Shown here: positions 25,269 to 25,342 of the stretch, piece after piece
How positions within the stretch are numbered: the first letter of the stretch is position 1
Layout: the number at the start of each line of letters is the position of its first letter
IMG/VR virus record: IMGVR_UViG_3300046115_000144
Coordinates: 1 to 25,342 of that record
DNA length: 25,342 bases
Reading direction: 5' to 3' (one strand)
DNA from: a virus
Lineage: Duplodnaviria; Caudoviricetes
The notes under the pieces: generated by a model
What the model was told of the DNA's origin: nothing
Databases searched by the model: none
Seen by the model: only the letters and a program-made list of their open reading frames with translations
Program-made: the position numbers and the translations under genes

Positions 25269-25342
25269 TTACGCTTTCTTCTCGGCGCCGATAGCGGCGA
25301 GCGCCTTCATCTGCTCGGCGTGGCATTTCATGGCCGCGGCGT
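25269..25342 (-). CDS. 3' end of an upstream hypothetical gene (...AAAMKCHAEQMKALAAIGAEKKA*)
   Basis: Open frame from the window edge to TAA at 25269-25271, 6 nt before the scaffold ATG. Confidence 0.55.
   Translation of the reverse strand, partial: AAAMKCHAEQMKALAAIGAEKKA

Overview
The window is a contiguous, minus-strand virion morphogenesis operon of a GC-rich podovirus-type phage or prophage. The host is probably alphaproteobacterial, inferred from GcrA-like repeats and a Rhizobiales-type palindrome. Gene order from right to left: partial ORF, capsid scaffold, major capsid protein, small head-decoration protein, terminator, hypothetical protein, inverted heptamer repeat, tail adaptor, tail nozzle with an inserted discoidin domain, GNAT/gp13-like protein, small ejection protein, 1166-aa ejection protein (muralytic + LPD23 metallopeptidase), a 3958-aa polyvalent protein, a 72-aa orphan, and the start of another internal virion protein. 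Main observations: (1) the capsid gene is split by a 1041-nt group I intron (22745..23785) whose splice sites can be read from the sequence and restore the frame, and whose LAGLIDADG ORF runs through the ribozyme core and ends in a Zn-finger; (2) the tripeptide DTG is strongly enriched in the three predicted surface-exposed structural proteins (18 DTG + 3 DSG in about 1430 aa, versus 1 DTG in about 6300 aa of the other proteins), a candidate modification or docking sequon; (3) the giant protein is a chain of cargo modules separated by a recurring P-x-K-A-V-x-G/A-E linker, including two arrays of GcrA-like HTH repeats, an HsdS-TRD-like module and apparently inactivated enzyme modules. All family calls are by motif recognition; no database search was run.
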